Part shown: positions 28,950-38,681 of the stretch, one piece after another
Numbering within the stretch: the first letter of the stretch is position 1
How the letters are laid out: every line of letters begins with the position of its first letter
From: a virus
Reading direction: 5' to 3' (one strand)
Virus record (IMG/VR): IMGVR_UViG_3300027801_000011
Coordinates: 51,310-115,309 of that record
DNA length: 64,000 nucleotides
The notes under the pieces: generated by a model
Database searches by the model: none
Told to the model about the DNA's origin: nothing
Seen by the model: the letters and a program-made list of their open reading frames with translations, nothing else
Made by a program: the position numbers and the translations under genes

Positions 28950-30290
28950 GTGATGAATATACTAGGGATATCTGAGGGATTTCATGATGCAAGCGTGTGT
29001 TTAATCAGAGGTCACACTATTGTACATGCTTCCCATGCTGAGAGATACAGCGGAGTCAAAAACGACAAATGGGTACATCCTTCCCAATGGCCTGTTTCAG
29101 ATCGCAATCAACCAGACATAGTTGCATACTATGAGAAACCTTTTCGTAAAAACCTAAGACGTTTGTATGCTGGACAATCCTGGCAAACCCCCAGAGTTAA
29201 TTATGACTTTAATTACGGACACCATGAATCTCATGCGGCCGCTGGGTATTATACGTCACCCTTCAATGAATGTAATATTCTAGTTATCGATGCTATCGGT
29301 GAATGGGATACTATTTCTATATGGAAGGCAAAAGATGATAAGATGACTAAGTTGCAGTCATGGAAATATCCGTATTCTCTTGGCCTCCTCTATTCTGCAA
29401 TCACCCAACGTATAGGACTAAAACCCAACGAAGATGAATATATCACGATGGGGATGTCTGCTTATGGAGAACCCAAGTATAATTTAGAAGATCAACTGTG
29501 GGAGAACAATCATAAGGGATGTGGAGACATATACCCAAAAGCCACCTCAGAAGACCTGGCAGCATCCGTTCAGCTGCTCTATGAGAGGGAGTTACTTAAA
29601 CTTGTGGACTTATGTCCCAGTGAAAATCTAGTAATTATGGGAGGGTGTGCTTTAAATTGTGCAGCTAATTCTAAGATAAAAGGAAAGAATATCTGGATCA
29701 TGCCCGCCCCTGGCGATGCTGGTTCTGCTATTGGGGCAGCGGCCTTAGTTCTAAAGACAAAACTAAAGTGGCGAAATCCTTATCTTGGTTATCCTATAAT
29801 GCAAGGTTTACATTTGAACGAAATAATAGAAACATTAGAAACAAATAAGATTGTTGGTATTGCAAATGGTAGGGCAGAGTTTGGGCCCAGGGCATTAGGT
29901 AATCGATCTCTTCTTGCTGATCCACGATATGATATAAAGGATACTGTGAATAAGATCAAACGCAGACAGTTGTTTCGTCCTTTCGCACCAGCAATTCTGG
30001 AAGAGTATGCAGACGAATACTTTGAGGGCCCTATGAATGAGTACATGCAATTTGTCGCAAAAGCAAAGCATGACTATAGTTCTGTTACTCATGTTGATGG
30101 CACTGCCAGAGTGCAAGTAGTGAAGAAAAATTGTGGTTCACAAATAAGACAAATATTAGAGGTGTGGTATGAAAAGACAGGATGTCCTATGTTACTCAAT
30201 ACCTCTTTAAATATTAAAGGCAAACCTATGGTTAATACGTGGGAAGACGCCCAACAATGGAGTAAGTTATATAATGTCCCTGTTTTCTAA
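28950..30290 (+). CDS. O-carbamoyltransferase (NodU/CmcH/TobZ family)
   Basis: ILGISEGFHDAS, ERYSGVKND, HHESHAAA, DAIGEW, GGCALNC, PGDAGSAIGAA, EFGPRALGNRS, FRPFAP, HVDGTARVQ, LLNTSLN. Confidence 0.95.
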   Translation: MMNILGISEGFHDASVCLIRGHTIVHASHAERYSGVKNDKWVHPSQWPVSDRNQPDIVAYYEKPFRKNLRRLYAGQSWQTPRVNYDFNYGHHESHAAAGYYTSPFNECNILVIDAIGEWDTISIWKAKDDKMTKLQSWKYPYSLGLLYSAITQRIGLKPNEDEYITMGMSAYGEPKYNLEDQLWENNHKGCGDIYPKATSEDLAASVQLLYERELLKLVDLCPSENLVIMGGCALNCAANSKIKGKNIWIMPAPGDAGSAIGAAALVLKTKLKWRNPYLGYPIMQGLHLNEIIETLETNKIVGIANGRAEFGPRALGNRSLLADPRYDIKDTVNKIKRRQLFRPFAPAILEEYADEYFEGPMNEYMQFVAKAKHDYSSVTHVDGTARVQVVKKNCGSQIRQILEVWYEKTGCPMLLNTSLNIKGKPMVNTWEDAQQWSKLYNVPVF

Positions 30291-31080
30291 ACGCAAGAAG
30301 TTAATTATAGGTGGTTGTTCCTACACAGACAACTATGCAGAAAAACAAAAGATGCCAGAGTTTCCTATATGGGGAGAAGTTCTAGCTGATAAGTTGGATA
30401 TGGATTTGATTAATCTAGCATCGTGTGGTTATAGTAATAAAGCAATTTATCACACTCTTACAGAATCTATGCTAACCAATAAGAACGTAGGTCTAGTTGT
30501 TTCTATGTGGAGTGAATGGCAGAGGTTTGGAGCCTATGTAGATGTGAGCACGAAAATGTTAAACAGACACCCGTGGAGATGCTTTCTACCAGAAAGAACT
30601 GTTAAGGACGCTGAATGGCACGATCAATTTTATACGAATGGAACTATCAATCCAAAGAAGCAAGGACTAAAATACGATATAAGTAAAGCAATTATTGCAA
30701 AGGGACTTGACTCTATTAAAGCCGGCACGGTTGAAACCTTGGGTTATATGTATGCTTTTCAAAACGCATGTGAACAAGAGGGAGTAGACTACTTACAAAT
30801 ACAGGGATGTCAACCTCTGATGAGCAAATCAGAACCAATGAATGGTATGCAGTATAGAGAATTGTGCAATCATATTATTGAAAGTCCCTACATCGAAAGA
30901 ATGAGTAGTGCCTTTATGGGTTGGCCGATTGATGAACGAATTGGTGGTTATAGTATCGACAACAAATTAAAAGACGAACACAGGTTCAGTCCAGAAGATA
31001 CACACCCGAATGAAGAAGGCCACCTATTAATGGCAGAAAGGATATTTGAAGAATATGAAAAAATATATACTGAAACTTAA
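30274..31080 (+). CDS. SGNH/GDSL hydrolase-like protein
   Basis: Block I GCSYT, NLASCGYSN and block V DTHPNEEGH. Confidence 0.8.
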   Translation: MSLFSKRKKLIIGGCSYTDNYAEKQKMPEFPIWGEVLADKLDMDLINLASCGYSNKAIYHTLTESMLTNKNVGLVVSMWSEWQRFGAYVDVSTKMLNRHPWRCFLPERTVKDAEWHDQFYTNGTINPKKQGLKYDISKAIIAKGLDSIKAGTVETLGYMYAFQNACEQEGVDYLQIQGCQPLMSKSEPMNGMQYRELCNHIIESPYIERMSSAFMGWPIDERIGGYSIDNKLKDEHRFSPEDTHPNEEGHLLMAERIFEEYEKIYTET

Positions 31081-31228
31081 ACTATTCTTATCTGGATTTA
31101 AAAGGCAGAATAATAAAGAAGAAGCTGGATTCATATATGAATTTGATGATAAGAGATTTAAAGACCTTACACAAGAAGAACAGGGGATACAGGTTCAGAA
31201 AAACTGGAACAGGTATATGAAGAAATGA
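31055..31228 (+). CDS. Small basic protein with an FIY motif
   Basis: MKKYILKLKLFLSGFKRQNNKEEAGFIYE...; overlaps both neighbours. Confidence 0.6.
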   Translation: MKKYILKLKLFLSGFKRQNNKEEAGFIYEFDDKRFKDLTQEEQGIQVQKNWNRYMKK

Positions 31229-31950
31229 AATTAGTAGCAATAGGAGATAGTTATACTATTAATGGTTCATGGCCAGACCTGTTAGCTGAAAAACTTGATA
31301 TGGAATGTATTAACTTTGGAGGCGATGGATCAGGCAATCAATTTATCATATCTAAAGTGTTAGATACTTTATTGCTTGAAGATGTTGGGTTGGTTGTTGT
31401 TCAATGGAGCGAATGGCAAAGGTTAGATTTCGAACATCACCCTAAGAGAAATAAGGGCTGGACTTCATTACACCCACATAGAGACAACTCTAGAGTAGAA
31501 AAATATCCCATGAGTTTAGAAGGAAGATGGACTATGATGGAGTATAGTAATTTTGTAGCATCTACTATGCTTTCCCTTAGACTCTTTGTCATTGCTCAGA
31601 AACTATTAAAAGATATTCCTCACCTTATGATGCAAGGGCCATATCCCCTAATTCAACCACAATATGACATGGGTAGAGCCGAGAGTTATAAATGGAACTA
31701 TAGTGAGGAAATGAAAAAGGTGTATTCAAACTGCTTAGATCATCAGCTAATGAATCAGATAGAAGAGGACACGTTTATCGGTTGGCCAATAATTGGAATG
31801 GGTGGATATAGTATGGACGGACTACTTGACGAAAATGATAGTACGAGACAAAAATACAGACAGGGCAACAACAACAGCACCCCCAATGATGCTGGAAATG
31901 AGATGATTTCGAAGGATATATATAAAGTATATAAGAAGGTTTATGGATGA
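31225..31950 (+). CDS. SGNH-like paralogue lacking the block V His
   Basis: GDSYT, NFGGDGSGN and WSEWQR are shared with 30274; STPNDAGN replaces THPNEEGH. Confidence 0.75.
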   Translation: MKLVAIGDSYTINGSWPDLLAEKLDMECINFGGDGSGNQFIISKVLDTLLLEDVGLVVVQWSEWQRLDFEHHPKRNKGWTSLHPHRDNSRVEKYPMSLEGRWTMMEYSNFVASTMLSLRLFVIAQKLLKDIPHLMMQGPYPLIQPQYDMGRAESYKWNYSEEMKKVYSNCLDHQLMNQIEEDTFIGWPIIGMGGYSMDGLLDENDSTRQKYRQGNNNSTPNDAGNEMISKDIYKVYKKVYG

Positions 31951-32699
31951 ATACAATATTATGCGTAAGGTGGGGTGACAAGTATGATCATACCTATGTT
32001 GAAAAACTAAAGGAACAGTGCGAACAAAATTGCTCTGTTCCATTTAACTTCTACTGTCTCACAGACAAACCAACTAAGCCATATGATATAAAACTTCCAA
32101 CTGAGTTGGATGAGTACTACTTAGAGGATCGTGGATTCTTTTGGGCGTATAGGAAGTATTATGCATTTGCATTGGCTGGTGATGATAATAAACTAAACGT
32201 AAAACATTTTTCTAGAATTAAGGGCGACAAATTCTTGCTGTTAGACCTTGATGTTATCATACACCAAGACCTTAAATATTTCTTTGATCTTCCTATGGAC
32301 AAGCCTTGGATGGTACGTGGATGGTGGAATAACATAGATACAGTTAAACAAAACTTTGCTAAACACAAATCTACGCCTCTTAACTCTTCCGTGATACGAT
32401 GGGATCGTGGGCAATTAGAAAGTGTCTATAAGAAAATCAAAACAAATGCTGAAGTAATCTTCTTTACATACCCCAGTGCCGATAACTATTTTAATCATCA
32501 CTGGTATAACTGTTGGGATGAAGACAAGGGATTCTTTAAAGCTTTCCCCAAAGGTGACGTATACTCTTGGTATAAGGGTAATGTATATCCTCATGATATG
32601 GCACCAAAGAAAATAAGAGAAGATCATAAAATATGTCTATTCAATAACTCTGGATATGATGAAGGCGACAACGATGATGAGATAAAGGAACTATGGTGA
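31947..32699 (+). CDS. GT-A fold glycosyltransferase
   Basis: ILCVRWGDKY..YVEKL..FYCLTD, DLD (DxD) and NSSVIRW. Confidence 0.8.
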   Translation: MNTILCVRWGDKYDHTYVEKLKEQCEQNCSVPFNFYCLTDKPTKPYDIKLPTELDEYYLEDRGFFWAYRKYYAFALAGDDNKLNVKHFSRIKGDKFLLLDLDVIIHQDLKYFFDLPMDKPWMVRGWWNNIDTVKQNFAKHKSTPLNSSVIRWDRGQLESVYKKIKTNAEVIFFTYPSADNYFNHHWYNCWDEDKGFFKAFPKGDVYSWYKGNVYPHDMAPKKIREDHKICLFNNSGYDEGDNDDEIKELW

Positions 32700-33343
32700 A
32701 TTATATAAAGTACACGCCTGAACTGGCAAACGATTGGAAACAAGCAGCTGCAGATGTTAAGAAAGATTACCCCCATCAGTTCAGACGCACTTTAGACGCT
32801 AGTACGGAATCTCAATTAAAAAGTAAACTATGGCTCGTTAACACCTTAAAAGAATTGGCGATGGATTCGTTGATACCAGACAACCCCCGTGTTGCTTTGG
32901 TAGGTGGCTGGTTTGCGAACTACCTAACACCTTTATTGTTTGATGTAATGTATGCTAAACAGGTATTCAATTATGAGATTGATAATGATGCAAAAGAAAT
33001 AAGCTACAAATACAATAAGAGATATAAGGATTCAGATAAATATCAATGTTCTGTTAAAGACGTTATGATGAAGTCTTTAGGAGACAACTATGATATTATT
33101 ATTAATTGTTCATGTGAACACATGTTTCCCATGACAAAATTCTATGAATGGAATCCAGACTTGCCTGATCCAGTGTATGTCTTACAATCCACAGATGAAG
33201 ACTGCTTTGATGATCATATCAATTGTGTGAGCTCCCCCGAAGAGTTAGCAAAACAAAACAGAATAACAGAAGTGTTATATTCGGGAACGAAGAAGTTACC
33301 TAACGGAATGAACCGTTTTATGGTTATAGGATATCCTTCATGA
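32693..33343 (+). CDS. Class I SAM-dependent methyltransferase-like protein
   Basis: SQLKSKLWL, VALVGGWF, YEID, DIIINCSCEHM and RFMVIG Rossmann pattern. Confidence 0.65.
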   Translation: MVNYIKYTPELANDWKQAAADVKKDYPHQFRRTLDASTESQLKSKLWLVNTLKELAMDSLIPDNPRVALVGGWFANYLTPLLFDVMYAKQVFNYEIDNDAKEISYKYNKRYKDSDKYQCSVKDVMMKSLGDNYDIIINCSCEHMFPMTKFYEWNPDLPDPVYVLQSTDEDCFDDHINCVSSPEELAKQNRITEVLYSGTKKLPNGMNRFMVIGYPS

Positions 33344-34032
33344 CAATTGTCGAGTGGTGCAGAGAGAATGATGTTTGGTATCTTAAAATGGATATAGAGA
33401 TACCAGAAGTATGCATTAAAGAAGCACAAGCAGTATACGATGAAGGGTTCTTTGTAGATCACAGATATGGAGATGGAGATGGTTGGCGTTCTGCTGCAAT
33501 ACATAGCTTCGTCCACGAAGACGCAAAAGATACCAGCATGGGTTGGCATCATACTAAAAACCCAGATGGCCATGGCTTACACGAAAGCAAAGTTAAATGG
33601 GGGTGGACTGAAATTGCAGAAACTGCTCCAGAGACTAAGAGGTGGTTAGAAGACTTTCCACACAAGTCTTATAGACGTTTACGTTTCATGTTATTGGAAC
33701 CACAGGGACGTATAGTAGCCCACAACGATTCTAATAAAAAAAGAGATGACGAAGGAAGAACTAGAAACATTGCTGGTGCAATAAACCTTGCGTTCTACCA
33801 ACCAAAAAATTGTTATCTGAGAAGGGTAGATACTAAAGAAGAGTTGCCCTTTCAAAACTGTACAGGGTTTTGGTTCGACAATGGTGTACACCACGAAGCA
33901 TATAACGCCTCTGAAGAAAATAGATTTCACTTTATTATGCATGGTGGATTTAATTCAGAGCGTAAAGAACTTATGAAGAGGTCGCTTGCAAAGCAATTTG
34001 GCAACGATGTTCTGAAGGAAATTGATGAGTAA
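33340..34032 (+). CDS. Aspartyl/asparaginyl beta-hydroxylase family (2OG-Fe(II))
   Basis: RLRFMLLEPQGRIVAHND, FDNGVHHEAYNASEENRFHFI. Confidence 0.85.
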   Translation: MTIVEWCRENDVWYLKMDIEIPEVCIKEAQAVYDEGFFVDHRYGDGDGWRSAAIHSFVHEDAKDTSMGWHHTKNPDGHGLHESKVKWGWTEIAETAPETKRWLEDFPHKSYRRLRFMLLEPQGRIVAHNDSNKKRDDEGRTRNIAGAINLAFYQPKNCYLRRVDTKEELPFQNCTGFWFDNGVHHEAYNASEENRFHFIMHGGFNSERKELMKRSLAKQFGNDVLKEIDE

Positions 34033-35278
34033 GCTTAAAGACTTGGAGTGGTTCTGTCCTCAGCCGTTCATGAACACTGTGATGAATCACGATCTTATTC
34101 CAAAGGCATGTTGTGTGCTAAAGCAGTGGCCTGGAAATGAAATACGTGAAACTGGTAAGACATCTATTATGGAAGTTCATAATTCAGATTTTATGAAAGA
34201 TTTCCGTAAAGAATTCTTAAACGGTGGCGGGCCAATATCTGATAAATTGTGCATGGTCTGTAAGGAACAAGAAAAACATTCCTCCACAGAAAGTCATCGA
34301 CTAACGTATCTAGATAAGTTTGATGAAGAACATGGAGAGTATAGAGAACATCTAGAGGCTCTTGAGGAGTACATTGATACAGACCAAAGCGATTCTATGT
34401 ATTTGACGTTTGAATATAATGCTCCTAATAACTTCTGCAACCTCAAATGTAACATGTGTTCCCCCATGAATTCATCTACATACGCCAAAGAGAATAAAGC
34501 AATAGGTGTTTCTAATGGAGCTCTAAGGGATGAGACTTGGATCAATCTTGAAGATGATATGTCAAGATATGAGGATGTGCTTAAAAACCTTATAGAATTG
34601 AAACTAGTTGGTGGTGAGACACTTGCTCTTCCTCAAAACTATGCGATGATGGATAAAGCAATAGAGATGGGCGTGTCTAAACAAATGAGACTTGTTATGA
34701 CTACAAATGCAACGCTGACTCCGAAGATGGGTAAGCATGGCGATGTGTTTGATTATGTCCCATACTTTAAAGATTGTCAAATGAATATCTCTATAGAATT
34801 TTGGGGAGAGAAGAATAACTATCTACGGTTCCCATCTAAATGGGAAAAGATTATGAAGAATGTTAAAAAGTTTGCTAAGATGCCCAGAACTAGGATACTA
34901 TTTGCTACCTGTGTTAGTTCTCTAACGATAGGATATCTACACGAAGTAGCTATAGCTGTTGATGCTCTGATAGAAAAAGAACCACACATTTACAATAGTT
35001 TTGCAACTGGCAGTTTGGTTATTGGTGGAACCAACTTATATACTGTAACAGCAATCCCAGAGGGAATTAGAGAAGAGTATCTTGAGACAATTTATAGTCG
35101 TGCTCCCCGAAACCATGCTCCCACATTCTTGAAACTGGCCAACTATCTAACAGAGATGCCTTTTGATCAAGACCTACATAATAGAATGATGATTGACGTA
35201 GCTAAGCGTGATAAATTTCGAGGAACCGTGTTGACAGATTTGTTCCCAGAGTGGAAACCATATTATGAAAAACTTTGA
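34025..35278 (+). CDS. Radical SAM protein with N-terminal twitch/SPASM-like Cys domain
   Basis: CNLKCNMC (CxxxCxxC), GGET, TTNAT, YLRFPSKW; N-terminal FCPQPF..ACC..CMVC. Confidence 0.9.
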   Translation: MSKLKDLEWFCPQPFMNTVMNHDLIPKACCVLKQWPGNEIRETGKTSIMEVHNSDFMKDFRKEFLNGGGPISDKLCMVCKEQEKHSSTESHRLTYLDKFDEEHGEYREHLEALEEYIDTDQSDSMYLTFEYNAPNNFCNLKCNMCSPMNSSTYAKENKAIGVSNGALRDETWINLEDDMSRYEDVLKNLIELKLVGGETLALPQNYAMMDKAIEMGVSKQMRLVMTTNATLTPKMGKHGDVFDYVPYFKDCQMNISIEFWGEKNNYLRFPSKWEKIMKNVKKFAKMPRTRILFATCVSSLTIGYLHEVAIAVDALIEKEPHIYNSFATGSLVIGGTNLYTVTAIPEGIREEYLETIYSRAPRNHAPTFLKLANYLTEMPFDQDLHNRMMIDVAKRDKFRGTVLTDLFPEWKPYYEKL

Positions 35279-36839
35279 TGAGTTTGGCAATGTAATAGTT
35301 GGGCGGGACGTAATGCCCTTCCGGCATCACGCCCTTGAACTATCAATTGTAGAACCATTTTTGGCATTTAAAGCTCTGTGGGAAAAAGAAACCAAAGACA
35401 TCAAAAATAAAAAAGAGTTAGAACACTTATTATTTGTAGTTGTATATCCAGACAAGTTGAAGTGGGCGTTTCATATTGAGAAACAACTACAAACAACTAC
35501 AATACAAACCTCAGGCGGTGTCACTGGCGCTGGTACTGGTCACAATCAAATATTGTGTCTAGAGAGTGAACTCCATAATACCCTACAAAACTCTAAAGCC
35601 TCCCATGCGATGATAGTAACGGTGGGTATGGTCTTTAATATGACTAAAGTAAATACTTCTATAACAAGATTTTATGAATTTGCAGAGACAGACGTATACG
35701 CTAGAGGTCATATTATAGCCCGCCCAGAAGATAAGGCATATCTACATCATCAACATATAGAGATAAACTTAAACCAGTGGAAAGGTTTAGGATCACCTAA
35801 AGTATATGAGAGGTGGCCTGTGTTTGAAAGATCAGAAGAAAACTTTCATGATGATTATACTCCACATTGGATTCTGCCTAAAGATCGCCCATTGATTAAT
35901 AACTTTACAGACGAAGAACGAAAAAATAAACATTTTGCATATCATATGGCGAACAGAAAAGATATACAGGAAATAAATTGGAGAGCGATGACACCACAGT
36001 TGCCAGACTATTGGTGGAAAAGTGCCGCAACTTTTAAGCATACACCTAAAGGAAGAGGGTTCTATGGTTGGCGTCAAAGGGTGGATAGGAGTGATCCTTA
36101 TTTTGATATCTTGATGAACAGGATGACTGAGGTTTTTTACGCTGAAAATACTGAAGAAGTTGGCCAACTCCCAACTGATAAATTTGATTTAATTATTACA
36201 CCAACAGCTGGTTATAGTGGAGAAGTGTTTGCTGAAAAACTAGATTTCGATGGAGAAATTATATTCTATGATTATTGTCATGAAAATGTTGAGATCAAAA
36301 AATCGATTGTTGATATGAATATGAGTCTTGATGAGATATCTATTTTGAAAAAGTATTGGAGTAAGGGCGTGGGTAATCGCAAAAATGGTAAAACTAGAAC
36401 CCATATGATTACGTTTAATTCCAATCAACTTTCTAATGGCAAGGAACTTAAAAAACGATCTGAGACTTTTGGAACTTGGGAAGAACTACAAGCCCTACAA
36501 GGTAAAATGTCTGATAACTATAAAGTTGATTTTTGGTTGATGGATTTGGTGTGTATGTCTGATCCCGATTGGTATCGGCCGACCAATATTTACTCAGATC
36601 ACTCCGACATACACAACAAATCGGGATATACAACAACTGAGAATTTTATAGATAAGATAAAGGGGAAGCGTGTGTTTATGGATTGTAGTAATATTTTCGG
36701 ATATCATATAGTACATGCTTGTTGGTCTTTATCTCAACTAGTTGAAAGTTATGAAAGACTTGTTAAACTGCTACAAGAGAACACCGAATATTTCTACTTA
36801 AAGGGAACTCGGCCCGGCAAACAGAAAATAAGAATATGA
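35265..36839 (+). CDS. Hypothetical 524-aa protein, possible C-terminal methyltransferase-like domain
   Basis: Long coupled ORF; RSEENFHDDYTPHWI; IIFYDY and FMDCSNIFGY weakly suggest a Rossmann fold. Confidence 0.6.
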   Translation: MKNFDEFGNVIVGRDVMPFRHHALELSIVEPFLAFKALWEKETKDIKNKKELEHLLFVVVYPDKLKWAFHIEKQLQTTTIQTSGGVTGAGTGHNQILCLESELHNTLQNSKASHAMIVTVGMVFNMTKVNTSITRFYEFAETDVYARGHIIARPEDKAYLHHQHIEINLNQWKGLGSPKVYERWPVFERSEENFHDDYTPHWILPKDRPLINNFTDEERKNKHFAYHMANRKDIQEINWRAMTPQLPDYWWKSAATFKHTPKGRGFYGWRQRVDRSDPYFDILMNRMTEVFYAENTEEVGQLPTDKFDLIITPTAGYSGEVFAEKLDFDGEIIFYDYCHENVEIKKSIVDMNMSLDEISILKKYWSKGVGNRKNGKTRTHMITFNSNQLSNGKELKKRSETFGTWEELQALQGKMSDNYKVDFWLMDLVCMSDPDWYRPTNIYSDHSDIHNKSGYTTTENFIDKIKGKRVFMDCSNIFGYHIVHACWSLSQLVESYERLVKLLQENTEYFYLKGTRPGKQKIRI

Positions 36840-37540
36840 AGATATTAGCATTAAGAATTGGTGATAAGTATGGCCCAGAGTATGAAGACTATTTGAATAA
36901 AAAACTATCCAAATATGACATACATTGGATGCATGAGCCGTATGATGAAAGAGTTACCTTACAGTGGAATAAGATGTGGGGTATGCAGTTGGATCAAAAT
37001 GAGCCTATTTGTGTCATGGACATAGATGTTCTTCTCATGGGCGACTACGAAAGAATATTTGACTATCCTATTATGCGTGGACAATTCCTTGCAATGCCTG
37101 GCTGGTGGAGAGACACAAAGAAAGAAGGTTACTCTATCAACGGTGGATTCTTTAAGTACTATCCGAAGGACTGTAAGTATATCTACGATAAGTTTATGAA
37201 AGATATACACGGGTGGCAGAGACACTACATTGATAATGGGGTTACAAAAGGCCCTGTTAATGGAGAGCAGTACTTTGTCGAAGACTCAGTATTACAAAAA
37301 TTAGAACTTATCACATTACCCAAAGAATGGTTTACTCGCTGGGTTGTAGACTCCGATATTGTAGGTAGGAGTATGACTACATGGCAAGTACAGATCACAC
37401 GTAAGTATCGGGAGATAACAGGGAACGACTATATATTCCTTGGTGGTGAGTTTCATCCAGATATCAAATTCGTACACTTCACACACAGAAATAACAAGCC
37501 TCATGAATGGGAATACTATGAACAAATTCGTTTACGTTAG
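36836..37540 (+). CDS. GT-A fold glycosyltransferase, paralogue of 31947
   Basis: ILALRIGDKYGPEY, WNK, DID (DxD), INGGF, GEQYFV, KFVHFT..NKPH. Confidence 0.8.
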   Translation: MKILALRIGDKYGPEYEDYLNKKLSKYDIHWMHEPYDERVTLQWNKMWGMQLDQNEPICVMDIDVLLMGDYERIFDYPIMRGQFLAMPGWWRDTKKEGYSINGGFFKYYPKDCKYIYDKFMKDIHGWQRHYIDNGVTKGPVNGEQYFVEDSVLQKLELITLPKEWFTRWVVDSDIVGRSMTTWQVQITRKYREITGNDYIFLGGEFHPDIKFVHFTHRNNKPHEWEYYEQIRLR

Positions 37541-38681
37541 TCATGAGTTTCGTACTCTATATCAGAGTATGTACTTCAAGAATACTCAGAAGGTCTGGGA
37601 TACTTCTTGGGTAGATGAAGACTTTAAAGAACAACTTGAATTTAAACTTCAAGAAGAACAACATATGCTTAGAAAATACACAAGGCCTCATACTGCATAC
37701 CTTAATGATATAGAAGGTGAGACTGAGCTTGTATTCAACATGAGTATGAAACATTTTGGTGAGCCCCAGAAATATGAATGGACTGCTGATCTGACAGAGA
37801 AATTTACAGACCTTCTTATGGAAAAAGCGATATCTATTAGAGACAAGGGTAGAAAAATTCAAGTATTATATTCTGGAGGAATTGACAGTTCTGCAGCACT
37901 ACTTGCTTTATATGAGGTTTGTCCTAAAGATCAGATTGAAGTTGTCATGGGAAGAACTGGCGAAGGTGGTGCTGGTTTTAGAGCTAAAGATCAGACTGAT
38001 CCTGTAAAGCAAAATCCTTGGATGTTTGATAATATTGTAAAACATTTGGATCACACATTCACTGATGATTTAAATGGTTACTGTGATCCTAGCAAATATG
38101 TGTTTGTCACAGGCAATGAAGCAGATCGTTTATTCGGGTCTACTGGTTATACTCTAATGACTCAATACTCTAAACCAGATGGTGCTGATTACCAAGAACA
38201 TTGGGGAAAGGCTCCAACTGATGAACTTGATGAAAATTGGCAATGGAACCAAAACAGGTGGTGGGGTATAACTAGGTACACATATCTTATGCAATCTTTT
38301 CGTATGATGGCAAACATTTCATGTGATAAGATTGATATGGACAACTACCAGCCCATGTTCTTTGATAGAAAGATGTTACAATTTGCTATCAATCTACATA
38401 TCCAAAAGAAACATAAGTGGTACAACTGTGGAGCCTTAGCAGATGAGAAGAAATTTAGAGATGGAAAGATGTGGATACGTGACGCTATATTTGATATAAC
38501 TAAAAATAGTTGGGTATCATATAACATGCATAAGACTATTTCATCTGCAACTGATCTTAATAAAAGGCAGTCTGTTCCTCTGCCATTGCGCTTGAAGGTG
38601 TTAGCAATAACAGAAGATGGTACAGTTGTTAATAGAAAAAATTTAATGGAATATGTCTGTAGGGAGTCTTTTACGATATGA
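37518..38681 (+). CDS. Asparagine-synthetase-like N-type ATP pyrophosphatase (PP-loop) ligase, no glutaminase domain
   Basis: YSGGIDSS and TGNEADRLFG; start set to ATG 37518 by alignment with the downstream paralogue. Confidence 0.8.
   Translation: MNKFVYVSHEFRTLYQSMYFKNTQKVWDTSWVDEDFKEQLEFKLQEEQHMLRKYTRPHTAYLNDIEGETELVFNMSMKHFGEPQKYEWTADLTEKFTDLLMEKAISIRDKGRKIQVLYSGGIDSSAALLALYEVCPKDQIEVVMGRTGEGGAGFRAKDQTDPVKQNPWMFDNIVKHLDHTFTDDLNGYCDPSKYVFVTGNEADRLFGSTGYTLMTQYSKPDGADYQEHWGKAPTDELDENWQWNQNRWWGITRYTYLMQSFRMMANISCDKIDMDNYQPMFFDRKMLQFAINLHIQKKHKWYNCGALADEKKFRDGKMWIRDAIFDITKNSWVSYNMHKTISSATDLNKRQSVPLPLRLKVLAITEDGTVVNRKNLMEYVCRESFTI

Noticed and set aside
28950-37540. DNA hypermodification cluster
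   Set aside because: Not excluded, but no hydroxymethylase/thymidylate synthase, TET/JBP or replication genes are linked here, and the context is virion genes. Kept only as an alternative.
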